Assembly (NCBI GenBank): GCA_046757165.1
Contig: JBHHXT010000003.1
Coordinates: 1-64,000, forward strand
Length of the DNA: 64,000 nucleotides
DNA from: a bacterium
Lineage (GTDB): Bacteria; Zhuqueibacterota; Zhuqueibacteria; Oceanimicrobiales; Oceanimicrobiaceae
Direction: 5' to 3'
The position numbers and the translations under genes were made by a program. The first letter of the stretch is position 1, and every line of letters begins with the position of its first letter. Below, in pieces: positions 30,096 through 38,409 of the stretch. Below the pieces are notes generated by a model. It did not search any database. It was not told the DNA's origin and saw only the letters and a list, made by a program, of their open reading frames with translations.

Positions 30096-31010
30096 CTAAT
30101 TTCTCTCATTAATGGTCAGAATGATTCTCTCCGTCTTGCCGAATTTGGTCAACATAAATTCTGCCTCGTTGCGTTGTTGATTGATCCTGACCAGTCGGCC
30201 GAGGTAGACAGAGTCGCCAACTTTCAACTCCTTGACGGTGCCCGATTCATCTGCCATGAAGACCGAGCCGGACGTCACGGCCTTCAAAGAGGCTTTCTGG
30301 ACGTCAATTTCCCCGGGCTTTCGTTTGGGAAGCTGCGGTTTAGGCCGGGGTTTGGGCGGTGTTTTCTTGACTTCAACGATAGGCTTCGGCACAACCAGGG
30401 CTTTAAAAATATCGTACTGGCGTGGCAGTGCATTCGTCTGCATTCCGGAGAAATCTGCCAGGTCCTCAGTCATCTCTGATTGGCTGTCAACAGAAAACCC
30501 GTTCAACTTCATCGCGAACTTGACATAGTCGAAATCATCTTGTCGACGGGTCAGGGTGATGGTGTCAATGATATACAAGATAGGCTCATAGGTCAGATGC
30601 CAGATCAATTGAACGATATCGTTGTACGGTCCCTCGCCCGCCAGGGTGTAGGTGAATTTGGTGACCAGGTCTGTTTTATCTTTCGAATTCAGCACAAAAT
30701 CATAGTAGATATTCAGATTGTACGTCGAGACGATCCAGTTGATGTAGGAGAGCGTGAACGACGGCTCGTCTGCTGAGATGATTCGTTTCGGAGACTGCTG
30801 CCAGTGTTTGCTCAACTCTTCGTGGATGCTCTCGACATCGGTCAGGCGCCGCACCTCGTTTTGCGACTGGGACAGCAGCTCGCTCACTTTTTTCTCCTGG
30901 TCGATGGCGCTCACGAGCTTATTGGCATCTCTCAAATACATAAACGTGCCAACGATCAAAATCAAGATCCAGATGATGGCTAAAGTCAGGCTGTTTCGTC
31001 TTGCAAACAC
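30096..31010 (-). CDS. PilO-like protein with PilP-like C-terminus
   Basis: N-terminal TM and coiled coil, GEGPYNDI PilO-like segment, Pro-rich linker, LKVGD...GRLVRI. Confidence 0.6.
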   Translation of the reverse strand: MFARRNSLTLAIIWILILIVGTFMYLRDANKLVSAIDQEKKVSELLSQSQNEVRRLTDVESIHEELSKHWQQSPKRIISADEPSFTLSYINWIVSTYNLNIYYDFVLNSKDKTDLVTKFTYTLAGEGPYNDIVQLIWHLTYEPILYIIDTITLTRRQDDFDYVKFAMKLNGFSVDSQSEMTEDLADFSGMQTNALPRQYDIFKALVVPKPIVEVKKTPPKPRPKPQLPKRKPGEIDVQKASLKAVTSGSVFMADESGTVKELKVGDSVYLGRLVRINQQRNEAEFMLTKFGKTERIILTINERN

Positions 31011-31038
31011 GGTTTTCCTCTAGGTTGCCGGGTCAGGG

Positions 31039-33099
31039 TTATGGACGTTTCTTGTATTTGATGATCGTGTTATCGATGCCAGACTCGCTTGCCAGCAGCT
31101 CCGACAACTTTTGCGCATCGTTGTACCGGATGAAGGCTCCGACCACAAGCGCGTACTTGCTTTCTTTCGCGCGTGGATTGCGCCTGGAAATCTTGACGGC
31201 GTACCCTCTCTTCTTGAATTTCTTGGATTCGAGCGCGGCCGCTTTGCTCGAGTCGAACGAGCCGATTTGCAGACCAAAGACGTAGACGCTGTCACGACCG
31301 TTGGCAGCGGAGGCAATCTTGCTCTCGGGTTTCTTGCTGGCGCCACCTTGCTGGCCATTGGTCACCAAATCTTGCGGGGCCATCTTTGTGGCAGCTCTCC
31401 TGACGTGCGCGACCCCGTTCGTTGACTTGCTGGCTCCGTTGCCGGCTGTGGTGCCGGCCAGAGCCACCTGTTGAGCTGGCGGTTGCTCCTGCTGCGATTT
31501 TCCGCTCCTGCTGCGCAGGAAAGTCATGAGGTCAAAGGCCTCTTTTTTTTCTGGCGCGTCGAGCTCCTTTTCCAGGTTGAAGAGAAAGACATTTGTTTCT
31601 TCGTACCCCGAGCGGGTGACCTTCTTCAAATTCGCGCCGCCGATGGAGGTGGCCAGGTGCGGGATCTTGTCTCGCCGTTTAGCCATGCCCGTCAGGCTGA
31701 TCTGATTGTCGCTTTTCTTCAGCTCGGTGAGCCAGATGCTGCCGGTCGCTGGCACGTTGCGGTTCAGGAGCTGGAGAAACTTCATGGTCTCATCGTAGCC
31801 GGTGCTGAAGCTGTCGACCAGAGCAATCTTTCTTTCCATGGCGACGATTTGATCATCGAAGGAATGCACTCTCTCTGTCAGCGACTTATTGTCGTCGATC
31901 TGAGTTTGCATGTTTTTGATGCGGGTGGTGATCTTTCTGAGTTCGATGTTTTTCACCACCAGGGCCCACGTGAACGAGAAAGCTGATGCGGCCAACAAAA
32001 ACATGAAGATATAGCCGTGCACCGCCAGCTTCGGCATGGTTTGCCGCTCCAGAATGTATTCGGGCAGCAGGTTCTTGTTTTTAGCCTTGTACGAACGCTT
32101 GAGGAGTGCTTTCCAGGCCAGCGCGATGGGTACAGCGTAGCGCGAAAATAGCAGACCCCGGTCCTTGAACCGCAGGTCTGACTGAATCTTCTTGGAGTTC
32201 AGGTAGCCGGTGACCGCCGAAGGGAATTTTTGCCGAAAGTAGTATTTCGCCTTCAGGCGGGAAGAATGGCCGGCCACCAGAATCTTGTTCAATTCCGGAA
32301 TAAAGTAGTGGTCCTGTGCGAAGATCATCTTGCTGTAGATGACCTCCAGCACGTCTTTGGACATGCTTCCCTTGTGCACGATGGGCGTGATATGATAGAT
32401 GTCACGACCCTTTAAGAAGATGACGCGAGAAAAATCCTGCTCGATGTAGATGATGGCGGTAATCTCGTCCTTGTCAAATTTGTAAATTTCCTTGACCAGG
32501 TCTACCAGCGCCAGCTCGTTGGTGTCCATCAGCACCAGATTGAGATTACTCGCTCTGAACTGGTTGACTTCCTCAATGAGATCGATAATGGGTGGGTGGT
32601 GCTCGTAATCGACCTGCAGGATCTTGCTATCGCTGATATCGATATAATTCGTGCGCCTGGCTTCCTCGTTGTCTCCGCGCCAGATTTCCATCCGTTCTTT
32701 CAAGCGCTTCTTGCGGTTTTGCGGCGCATGCTCTTCTTCGATAACATCATACTTGACGGTCAGGTGCGGTGAATTGATGGCCACGTTGGCCTTGATATGC
32801 TGAAACTTGTCGAGCAAGGAATAGATCTGGCTGACAGTCTTGTCATGTTCGGGCTCATTTGACTCTTCGCTATGCGCCTCGTCAGGGTCGAGTTTTGGCT
32901 CTTGAATCTCGAAGGCATTCTCCAGGTCGTTGAGAGAATCCGGCCCGGTTTTGCCCGGGTTGCGAATGCGGTCCAGGGGGGCATCCAGCTTGATGGACTC
33001 CAGCGCTTTGATGCGCGCCTTCCCGCGAACCAGGCTGAGAAACGCTGCTCTCACCTCGTTGCCGTTGATCGTAATGCCGATTGCGTGTCTGATCTTCAC
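31039..33099 (-). CDS. PilM-like / PilN-like / SPOR fusion
   Basis: IGITING actin-like start, NLLP before the TM, IWLTEL...LTG PilN core, C-terminal LQIGSF...Y-x-LVVGAF SPOR pattern. Confidence 0.7.
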   Translation of the reverse strand: MKIRHAIGITINGNEVRAAFLSLVRGKARIKALESIKLDAPLDRIRNPGKTGPDSLNDLENAFEIQEPKLDPDEAHSEESNEPEHDKTVSQIYSLLDKFQHIKANVAINSPHLTVKYDVIEEEHAPQNRKKRLKERMEIWRGDNEEARRTNYIDISDSKILQVDYEHHPPIIDLIEEVNQFRASNLNLVLMDTNELALVDLVKEIYKFDKDEITAIIYIEQDFSRVIFLKGRDIYHITPIVHKGSMSKDVLEVIYSKMIFAQDHYFIPELNKILVAGHSSRLKAKYYFRQKFPSAVTGYLNSKKIQSDLRFKDRGLLFSRYAVPIALAWKALLKRSYKAKNKNLLPEYILERQTMPKLAVHGYIFMFLLAASAFSFTWALVVKNIELRKITTRIKNMQTQIDDNKSLTERVHSFDDQIVAMERKIALVDSFSTGYDETMKFLQLLNRNVPATGSIWLTELKKSDNQISLTGMAKRRDKIPHLATSIGGANLKKVTRSGYEETNVFLFNLEKELDAPEKKEAFDLMTFLRSRSGKSQQEQPPAQQVALAGTTAGNGASKSTNGVAHVRRAATKMAPQDLVTNGQQGGASKKPESKIASAANGRDSVYVFGLQIGSFDSSKAAALESKKFKKRGYAVKISRRNPRAKESKYALVVGAFIRYNDAQKLSELLASESGIDNTIIKYKKRP

Positions 33100-33179
33100 C
33101 TGTTTTGCCCCTCGTTGCCGTTGATCGTAGTTCCGATTCCGTCTCTGTTCTTTACCTGTATGCCCCTGATGATCAGCGG

Positions 33180-34412
33180 CTAGTAATTGTATTGTACCAG
33201 TTCCTCAAATCGCTTCTTGTTGTTGGCGTTGATGTACGCTTCAAAATAGGAGATCTTGTTCTCAGAGTACAGCCTGGCTAAATCCTGTTCCATGGTGTTC
33301 ATGCCCTGCTCGCGGGACTGTTGAATGACCTGATAAATTTCTCCGAGATTGTCGTTGCGAATCGCCGTCCGGATCGCGTTATTGCTCAGGAGAACCTCCT
33401 TGGCCAGCACCCGTTTGCCATCTTCACTTGCCACCAGCTTTTGTGAAATGACGCAGCTTAGCACATCGGCCAATCTTGTGCGAATACGGTGCTGATCGCC
33501 GGAGGGGACCTCGCCCAGAATGCGATCGACGCTCTCGACCGCCGAGGGGGTGTGCAACGTGGAGAACACTTTGTGACCGCTATCCACCACTTCCAGGACG
33601 GTCATGATGGTCTCGGCGTCGCGCATCTCACCGATCATGATGATGTCGGGATCCTGGCGCAAGGCTTGAATCGTGCCTTCCTTGAACGTGTGCACGTCAC
33701 GGCCGATCTCCCGGTGCTTGACAATCGACTTGATGGGTTGATGCACGTACTCGACCGGGTCCGCGATGATGACGATGTGCGCCTCCATCGTGCGATTGTT
33801 GGCGTCGATAATGGAATCCAGCGTGGTACTTTTGCCCGAGCCGGTGATACCGGTCACCAGAATCAAGCCGGATTTCTGGTACTTCAGGCTGAGGACTTTG
33901 GCCACTTCTTCGTGAAAGCCAAGTTTTGGAAAACTGATAACACTGTTGTTGACCCGGCGCATGTTGACCGCCAGATGGGTCAGGTCGAAATAGACGGTGG
34001 CGCGAAAGCGTGTCCAGCTATTGACCTCCTTATCGAAGACACGGTACGAAAAATCCATGTTGCGCTGCATGAAAAGCTGCTTGCGCTCCTCATCGGTCAG
34101 CAGGTTCAGGATGAGCATATCCGTTTCTTCGACCTCATAGACCGGCAGGGAGTTGTCCGGGCCTTTGGTGCCAAAGCACCGAAACCAGACCTGGTTGTGG
34201 CATCCCGGCCCGCCCAGGTCGATGTCCGACGCCTGCAATTGCTTCATCCGCATGAGAAAGGCATCAAAATGATTTTTGAGCGCAAGTTTGGTCTCTTCCG
34301 GCTGGTCTTCGAGTAAGTCGGAGATGTACTGCCACCGCTTGTGCGCGACCGGATGCGCTTTGATTTGGCTGCCTAAACTTGCGACGAGTTCTTTGCTTGT
34401 TTTGAAATCCAT
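33180..34412 (-). CDS. pilT: PilT/PilU-family retraction ATPase
   Basis: GITGSGKSTT, ALRQDPDIIMIGEMRD, GHKVFSTLHT, AIRTAIR, GMNTMEQ. Confidence 0.85.
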   Translation of the reverse strand: MDFKTSKELVASLGSQIKAHPVAHKRWQYISDLLEDQPEETKLALKNHFDAFLMRMKQLQASDIDLGGPGCHNQVWFRCFGTKGPDNSLPVYEVEETDMLILNLLTDEERKQLFMQRNMDFSYRVFDKEVNSWTRFRATVYFDLTHLAVNMRRVNNSVISFPKLGFHEEVAKVLSLKYQKSGLILVTGITGSGKSTTLDSIIDANNRTMEAHIVIIADPVEYVHQPIKSIVKHREIGRDVHTFKEGTIQALRQDPDIIMIGEMRDAETIMTVLEVVDSGHKVFSTLHTPSAVESVDRILGEVPSGDQHRIRTRLADVLSCVISQKLVASEDGKRVLAKEVLLSNNAIRTAIRNDNLGEIYQVIQQSREQGMNTMEQDLARLYSENKISYFEAYINANNKKRFEELVQYNY

Positions 34413-34433
34413 CGGTCTCTTGTCATAGTGCCA

Positions 34434-34471
34434 AAAAGGTTAGCTTCTGAAACTCCTGAGGCTAACCTTTT
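34434..34471 (-). terminator. Intrinsic-terminator-like hairpin between pilB and pilT
   Basis: AAAAGGTTAGC...GCTAACCTTTT 11-bp stem with a T-run on either strand. Confidence 0.55.
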
Positions 34472-34596
34472 CCGTCCTGGTACCCGAGGCTGTCCCAAAA
34501 GCTGCTGAACCACATGAGTTGCTCAAGCTCGGGAGATTCCGGCCTTGTGCCGGAATGACACTTTGTGGTTTGTCTTTATTTGATTGTTTAGCGTTC

Positions 34597-36429
34597 TTAC
34601 GTTTCTACTGTCGCTGCAATGATTTCACTCATGGTTGTTTGCCCTGCCATGATTCGTTTTCTGCCGGAGTCTCGCAGGGACAACATGCCTGTGCTTTCGG
34701 CCAGGCTTCTTACGGCTTCATCGTCGATGTCGTTTTTGGCGGCCAGAATGATCTTGCGTAATTCCCGGTTGAACAGAAGCGCTTCGCTGATCGCCACGCG
34801 GCCTCGATAGCCATCGAAGCATTGGTCGCAGCCCACCGGAGTGTAAAACTGCGTATTGGCGGCTTCCTCTTTGGAAAAATTCAGCCGGAGCAACTGGTCC
34901 GGATTGGGATCGTCGTTTGCCACCTTGCAATGGTCACACAGCTTTCTGACCAGACGCTGCGCCATCACCAGGTTGATGGCGTTGGCGATGAGAAAGGGCT
35001 CGACACCAAGCATGTAGAGCCGTGAGACGGCACTGGGCGCGTCGTTAGTATGCAAGGTCGAAAAGGTCAAGTGCCCGGTGTTGGCCAGGGAAATGGCAAT
35101 TTCGGCTGACTTCAGGTCGCGAATCTCACCGACCATCACGATATCCGGGTCGTGCCGCAGGATGGATCTGAGCGCCTGGTCAAAATTCAGCTTGGGATTG
35201 AGCTTGATCTGCCGGGCGCCGGCAATGAGATATTCCACCGGCTCTTCGACGGTGAGAACGTTCTTGCTCGGGTCCGTCACATGGCTCAGCGCTGCGACCA
35301 GCGTCGTGCTTTTGCCGCTGCCGGTTGGTCCGGTGAGGATGACCATCCCTTGCGGCTGCTCGATCGCTTTCTTGAAATCGTTGAGCGCTTGCTGCTGCAA
35401 CCCTATTTTCTCCAGCTCCGTGATTACTTTTCTGTCGTCCAGGATGCGGACGACCACGCTCTCAAACCGGCGATCGAACTCGACCCCGACGACGGGGAGG
35501 ACCGACACCCGGAACCGAATGTAGAAGCCGTCGATCTTGCGCTGAATATAGCCGTCCTGGGCAATGGAGCGGTCAAAGCGGTCGATGTTGATGGCGCGGT
35601 CCTTGACGACCGCTATCAGCGCTTCCGGCTTGATCTCGGTTTGCGTGTACCAGTGCAGAAGCTTGCCGTCGATGCGGAAGTAAATGTCGGTCTTGTTGCC
35701 GTCTTTTGGAATCATGTGGACGTCGCTGGCGCCGCGCCGCACCGATTCCACCAGCATGCCCTCCACCAGGTTCACCAGGCGGCTCTTGTTGATCTCAGCA
35801 TCCAGGGCCTCTTCGTCGACCTTACGATTTTCGTCCTCAAAGACCTCAATTTCTTCCGCCTCATCGAAGACCTTCTGCAGGAATTCGTTGTTGGAATAAA
35901 AGATCTCGTGAATCAGGCGCTCGATGTCTTCCAGTCTCGAGTAGGCGATATCGATGTCTGCGATCTCGAGCTTTCTGGCAGCCTCATAAAGCTCCTGATT
36001 GGTCGGATCGCCGGTGACCAGAACCAGCACATCGCGCTTGTAATCGTGCCATTGGAACGGCAGGATCTTGTTGGCCAAAAGTTCATTCGAAATCGCCTCA
36101 GGCATCCCGTAGACGATTTCTTTGATAAACTCGATGCGGTCGCGGTCGATGCCGGTCGGGGAGAGATCGATGACGGGAAAGCCATATAACTTGGATATTT
36201 CAACATAGATGAGATGCCGGTCGACCTTCAACTCGTCGATCAGGATGTCGAGGAGCTTGCGTTTGGCATTTCGGGGTTCACGACTCTGGATATCCGCCGC
36301 CTTTTGCAGCATCTCTTCGTTGACGACGCCCCGGGCGACCAGCGCCTGTGACAAACGCCCGAGACTTTTGGTTCCCGGCCTGAGATTGATCTCTGCTGTA
36401 ATCGTGGTTTTTTCTGCTTTTCTAACCAT
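34597..36429 (-). CDS. pilB: PilB/GspE assembly ATPase
   Basis: GPTGSGKSTT, LRHDPDIVMVGEIRD, TLHTND, CDHC...CDQC Zn motif, MshEN-like N-terminus. Confidence 0.9.
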   Translation of the reverse strand: MVRKAEKTTITAEINLRPGTKSLGRLSQALVARGVVNEEMLQKAADIQSREPRNAKRKLLDILIDELKVDRHLIYVEISKLYGFPVIDLSPTGIDRDRIEFIKEIVYGMPEAISNELLANKILPFQWHDYKRDVLVLVTGDPTNQELYEAARKLEIADIDIAYSRLEDIERLIHEIFYSNNEFLQKVFDEAEEIEVFEDENRKVDEEALDAEINKSRLVNLVEGMLVESVRRGASDVHMIPKDGNKTDIYFRIDGKLLHWYTQTEIKPEALIAVVKDRAINIDRFDRSIAQDGYIQRKIDGFYIRFRVSVLPVVGVEFDRRFESVVVRILDDRKVITELEKIGLQQQALNDFKKAIEQPQGMVILTGPTGSGKSTTLVAALSHVTDPSKNVLTVEEPVEYLIAGARQIKLNPKLNFDQALRSILRHDPDIVMVGEIRDLKSAEIAISLANTGHLTFSTLHTNDAPSAVSRLYMLGVEPFLIANAINLVMAQRLVRKLCDHCKVANDDPNPDQLLRLNFSKEEAANTQFYTPVGCDQCFDGYRGRVAISEALLFNRELRKIILAAKNDIDDEAVRSLAESTGMLSLRDSGRKRIMAGQTTMSEIIAATVET

Positions 36430-36442
36430 AGTTCACTTCAGT

Positions 36443-37786
36443 TCACTTCGATAGCGGTGATGGAGGACTCACAAATCCGATTTCAGATGACACCAGGGTC
36501 AAGCCGACCACCAGTAAGGTGATAAATATCGAAACCATGACATTGATCATGTCGACCAGCTTGCTCATTTTATGTTTGGTTTCTGTTTCATAATAGTTTG
36601 CCAGTTGCAGCGCCGTCTCCCGCAGGGTTCCGGATTCCTCCCCGGACCGCAGTCGTCGGACGGCGGTCATCGTAAAGCAGTTGGCGCGGATGAGACATTC
36701 AACGAAGCTCTTGCCCTCTCTCAACATGCTCGGGATGACGTGCCCGGTGATTTGCTTTTCAATGTATTTGTTCCGGCATGATTCTGCCGCAATACGAATG
36801 GCGGTGATGTTCTCGCCCGAGCTGCTGTAGAGCGAGTAAAAGACGCGCGCAAAAATCTCGATGCTCGTCTTGTGCAGGATCGAACCTACAACGGGTACGC
36901 GTATCACAGTCCGGTCGAAAGTATATCTGCCTTTTTCCGTTCTGAGCCAATTGAAAAATAGCACGAGTGGGGTGATGAACAAGATGAAAAGTATGCCGTA
37001 GTAGTCCTGCAAAAAGTGGCTCAAGTCCATGGTTGCACGCGTCATCGGCGGGATATCAATGCTATACTTGGTCAGAATGTCTGTCATTTTGGGAAAAATG
37101 TACATGACATAGAACACCACGGCCGCGAGCATTCCCAGAGTGACAAACATGGGCATAAACAGGATGGTGCGCAGATTACTTCGAAATTCTTCATCCCGCT
37201 CCAGGAACCTTGCCGTGCTTTCGTAGATCGCTGCCATATTCCCGCTGGTGGAGGCCACGGCCATCATGTGTGCTGCAAACTTGCCGAACACGTCGACGTG
37301 TTTGCTGTAGACCATGTGACCTTCATTGCCGGCTTTCAGGTCCTTCTGGACATCGCGAATGGTCTCACGCAGCCGCCTGTTTTCGGTGTCATCGCCGACG
37401 AGCGTTAAAATCTCATCGTAAGGAAATTTCTCCCGCAACAGGTCCGAGCAGATTCGAATGAACAAGATCAAATCCTTGGTCGGGACCTTGAGTTTGAAGT
37501 TGAACACTTTCTTGCGGACGTAGAAAACCCGGTAGCCCATCTTGATCAGGGCATTCTGCAGCTCCTCTTTTGAAAACGCTTTTTGTTCACCAAAAAGCGG
37601 CTTCTCCCGTCCGCGCTGAACTTTGTAAGCAAAGAGCGTTTTCTTTTCAATGGCATCAATGCGAACGCCTTTGCTTTTGACCAGCCTTTTGACTTTTTCT
37701 TTGACCGTCTTGTCGTCCGGACTGAAGACGACGCCTTGAATCGGTTTTCCTGTGACGTTGACGCCGGTGTATCGGTATTCGGGCAT
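36443..37786 (-). CDS. pilC: PilC/GspF platform protein
   Basis: MPEYRYTG start, two T2SSF-like repeats, IPPMT, GEESGTL. Confidence 0.85.
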   Translation of the reverse strand: MPEYRYTGVNVTGKPIQGVVFSPDDKTVKEKVKRLVKSKGVRIDAIEKKTLFAYKVQRGREKPLFGEQKAFSKEELQNALIKMGYRVFYVRKKVFNFKLKVPTKDLILFIRICSDLLREKFPYDEILTLVGDDTENRRLRETIRDVQKDLKAGNEGHMVYSKHVDVFGKFAAHMMAVASTSGNMAAIYESTARFLERDEEFRSNLRTILFMPMFVTLGMLAAVVFYVMYIFPKMTDILTKYSIDIPPMTRATMDLSHFLQDYYGILFILFITPLVLFFNWLRTEKGRYTFDRTVIRVPVVGSILHKTSIEIFARVFYSLYSSSGENITAIRIAAESCRNKYIEKQITGHVIPSMLREGKSFVECLIRANCFTMTAVRRLRSGEESGTLRETALQLANYYETETKHKMSKLVDMINVMVSIFITLLVVGLTLVSSEIGFVSPPSPLSK

Positions 37787-37821
37787 GAAAATCGCTCTGA
37801 TTATGAATTCAATTTACACAA

Positions 37822-37850
37822 GTTGGGGTTGGACTGCGTCCAACCCCAGC
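37822..37850 (-). terminator. Stem-loop 3' of the putative major pilin gene
   Basis: TGGGGTTGGAC-TGC-GTCCAACCCCA 11-bp perfect stem. Confidence 0.6.
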
Positions 37851-37863
37851 CTGCCATGGTCGC

Positions 37864-38277
37864 TTATCTGTTGGTAATCGCGGTGGTGACCCCGTCTCGC
37901 GTTACGGTCGCGTCGATGGTGACGTTGACTGCATCTCCGTCCTGGTCTTCGACGCCCACAAAACGAAAAACCACTTGCGTCGCCGTGCCGGCCGTTTGGA
38001 TTGAATAGGTGCCATCCTCGGTGGTGGCGGGCCAGGTCAATTGCGCGGTCATGTCAGTGCCCGTTGCCAGGGCCACAAATGAGTTGCCGCCGCCGCCCGC
38101 CAGCACGGGTTTGCGGTACCAGTCACGTGCTCTTTCAGAAAGCGTCAGGATGCCTTGCATGCCGGCGTCCTGGTTGGCCCGGCCGGCGCTGGTGGTGACC
38201 ATGTTGATGCCAACCGCGATTGAAATCCCAACAATGATGGTGCTGAGAACGATGAGTAAAAGTTGCTGTTGTCCCAT
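37864..38277 (-). CDS. Putative major pilin with non-canonical N-terminus (MGQQQLLL)
   Basis: 137 aa, ~20-aa hydrophobic N-helix, first gene of the pilus block, AAGGAG RBS, downstream hairpin. Confidence 0.7.
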   Translation of the reverse strand: MGQQQLLLIVLSTIIVGISIAVGINMVTTSAGRANQDAGMQGILTLSERARDWYRKPVLAGGGGNSFVALATGTDMTAQLTWPATTEDGTYSIQTAGTATQVVFRFVGVEDQDGDAVNVTIDATVTRDGVTTAITNR

Positions 38278-38353
38278 GAGATGTTACTCCTTAATTTGAC
38301 GTTACTCCAATTTGTTGGCGAATTGTATGAGATTCCCCCGGGTTGTTCGGCTG

Positions 38354-38382
38354 TCACCTCCTTTCCGGCCCGCGGGTGCCGG
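38354..38382 (-). promoter_or_regulatory. Leader hairpin followed by an orphan extended Shine-Dalgarno
   Basis: Minus strand CCGGCACCCGCGGGCCGG then AAAGGAGGTGA, with no start codon at normal spacing. Confidence 0.5.
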
Positions 38383-38409
38383 TGCTGGTTCGCTGTTTCA
38401 TGGTAGTTG

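Noticed and set aside
26516..38277. Calling the cluster a T2SS, Tad or T6SS
   Set aside because: A PilT-type ATPase and PilMNO-like genes favour a retractile pilus; no TadA/TadBC or Tss core genes despite the kinase/PP2C/FHA trio.
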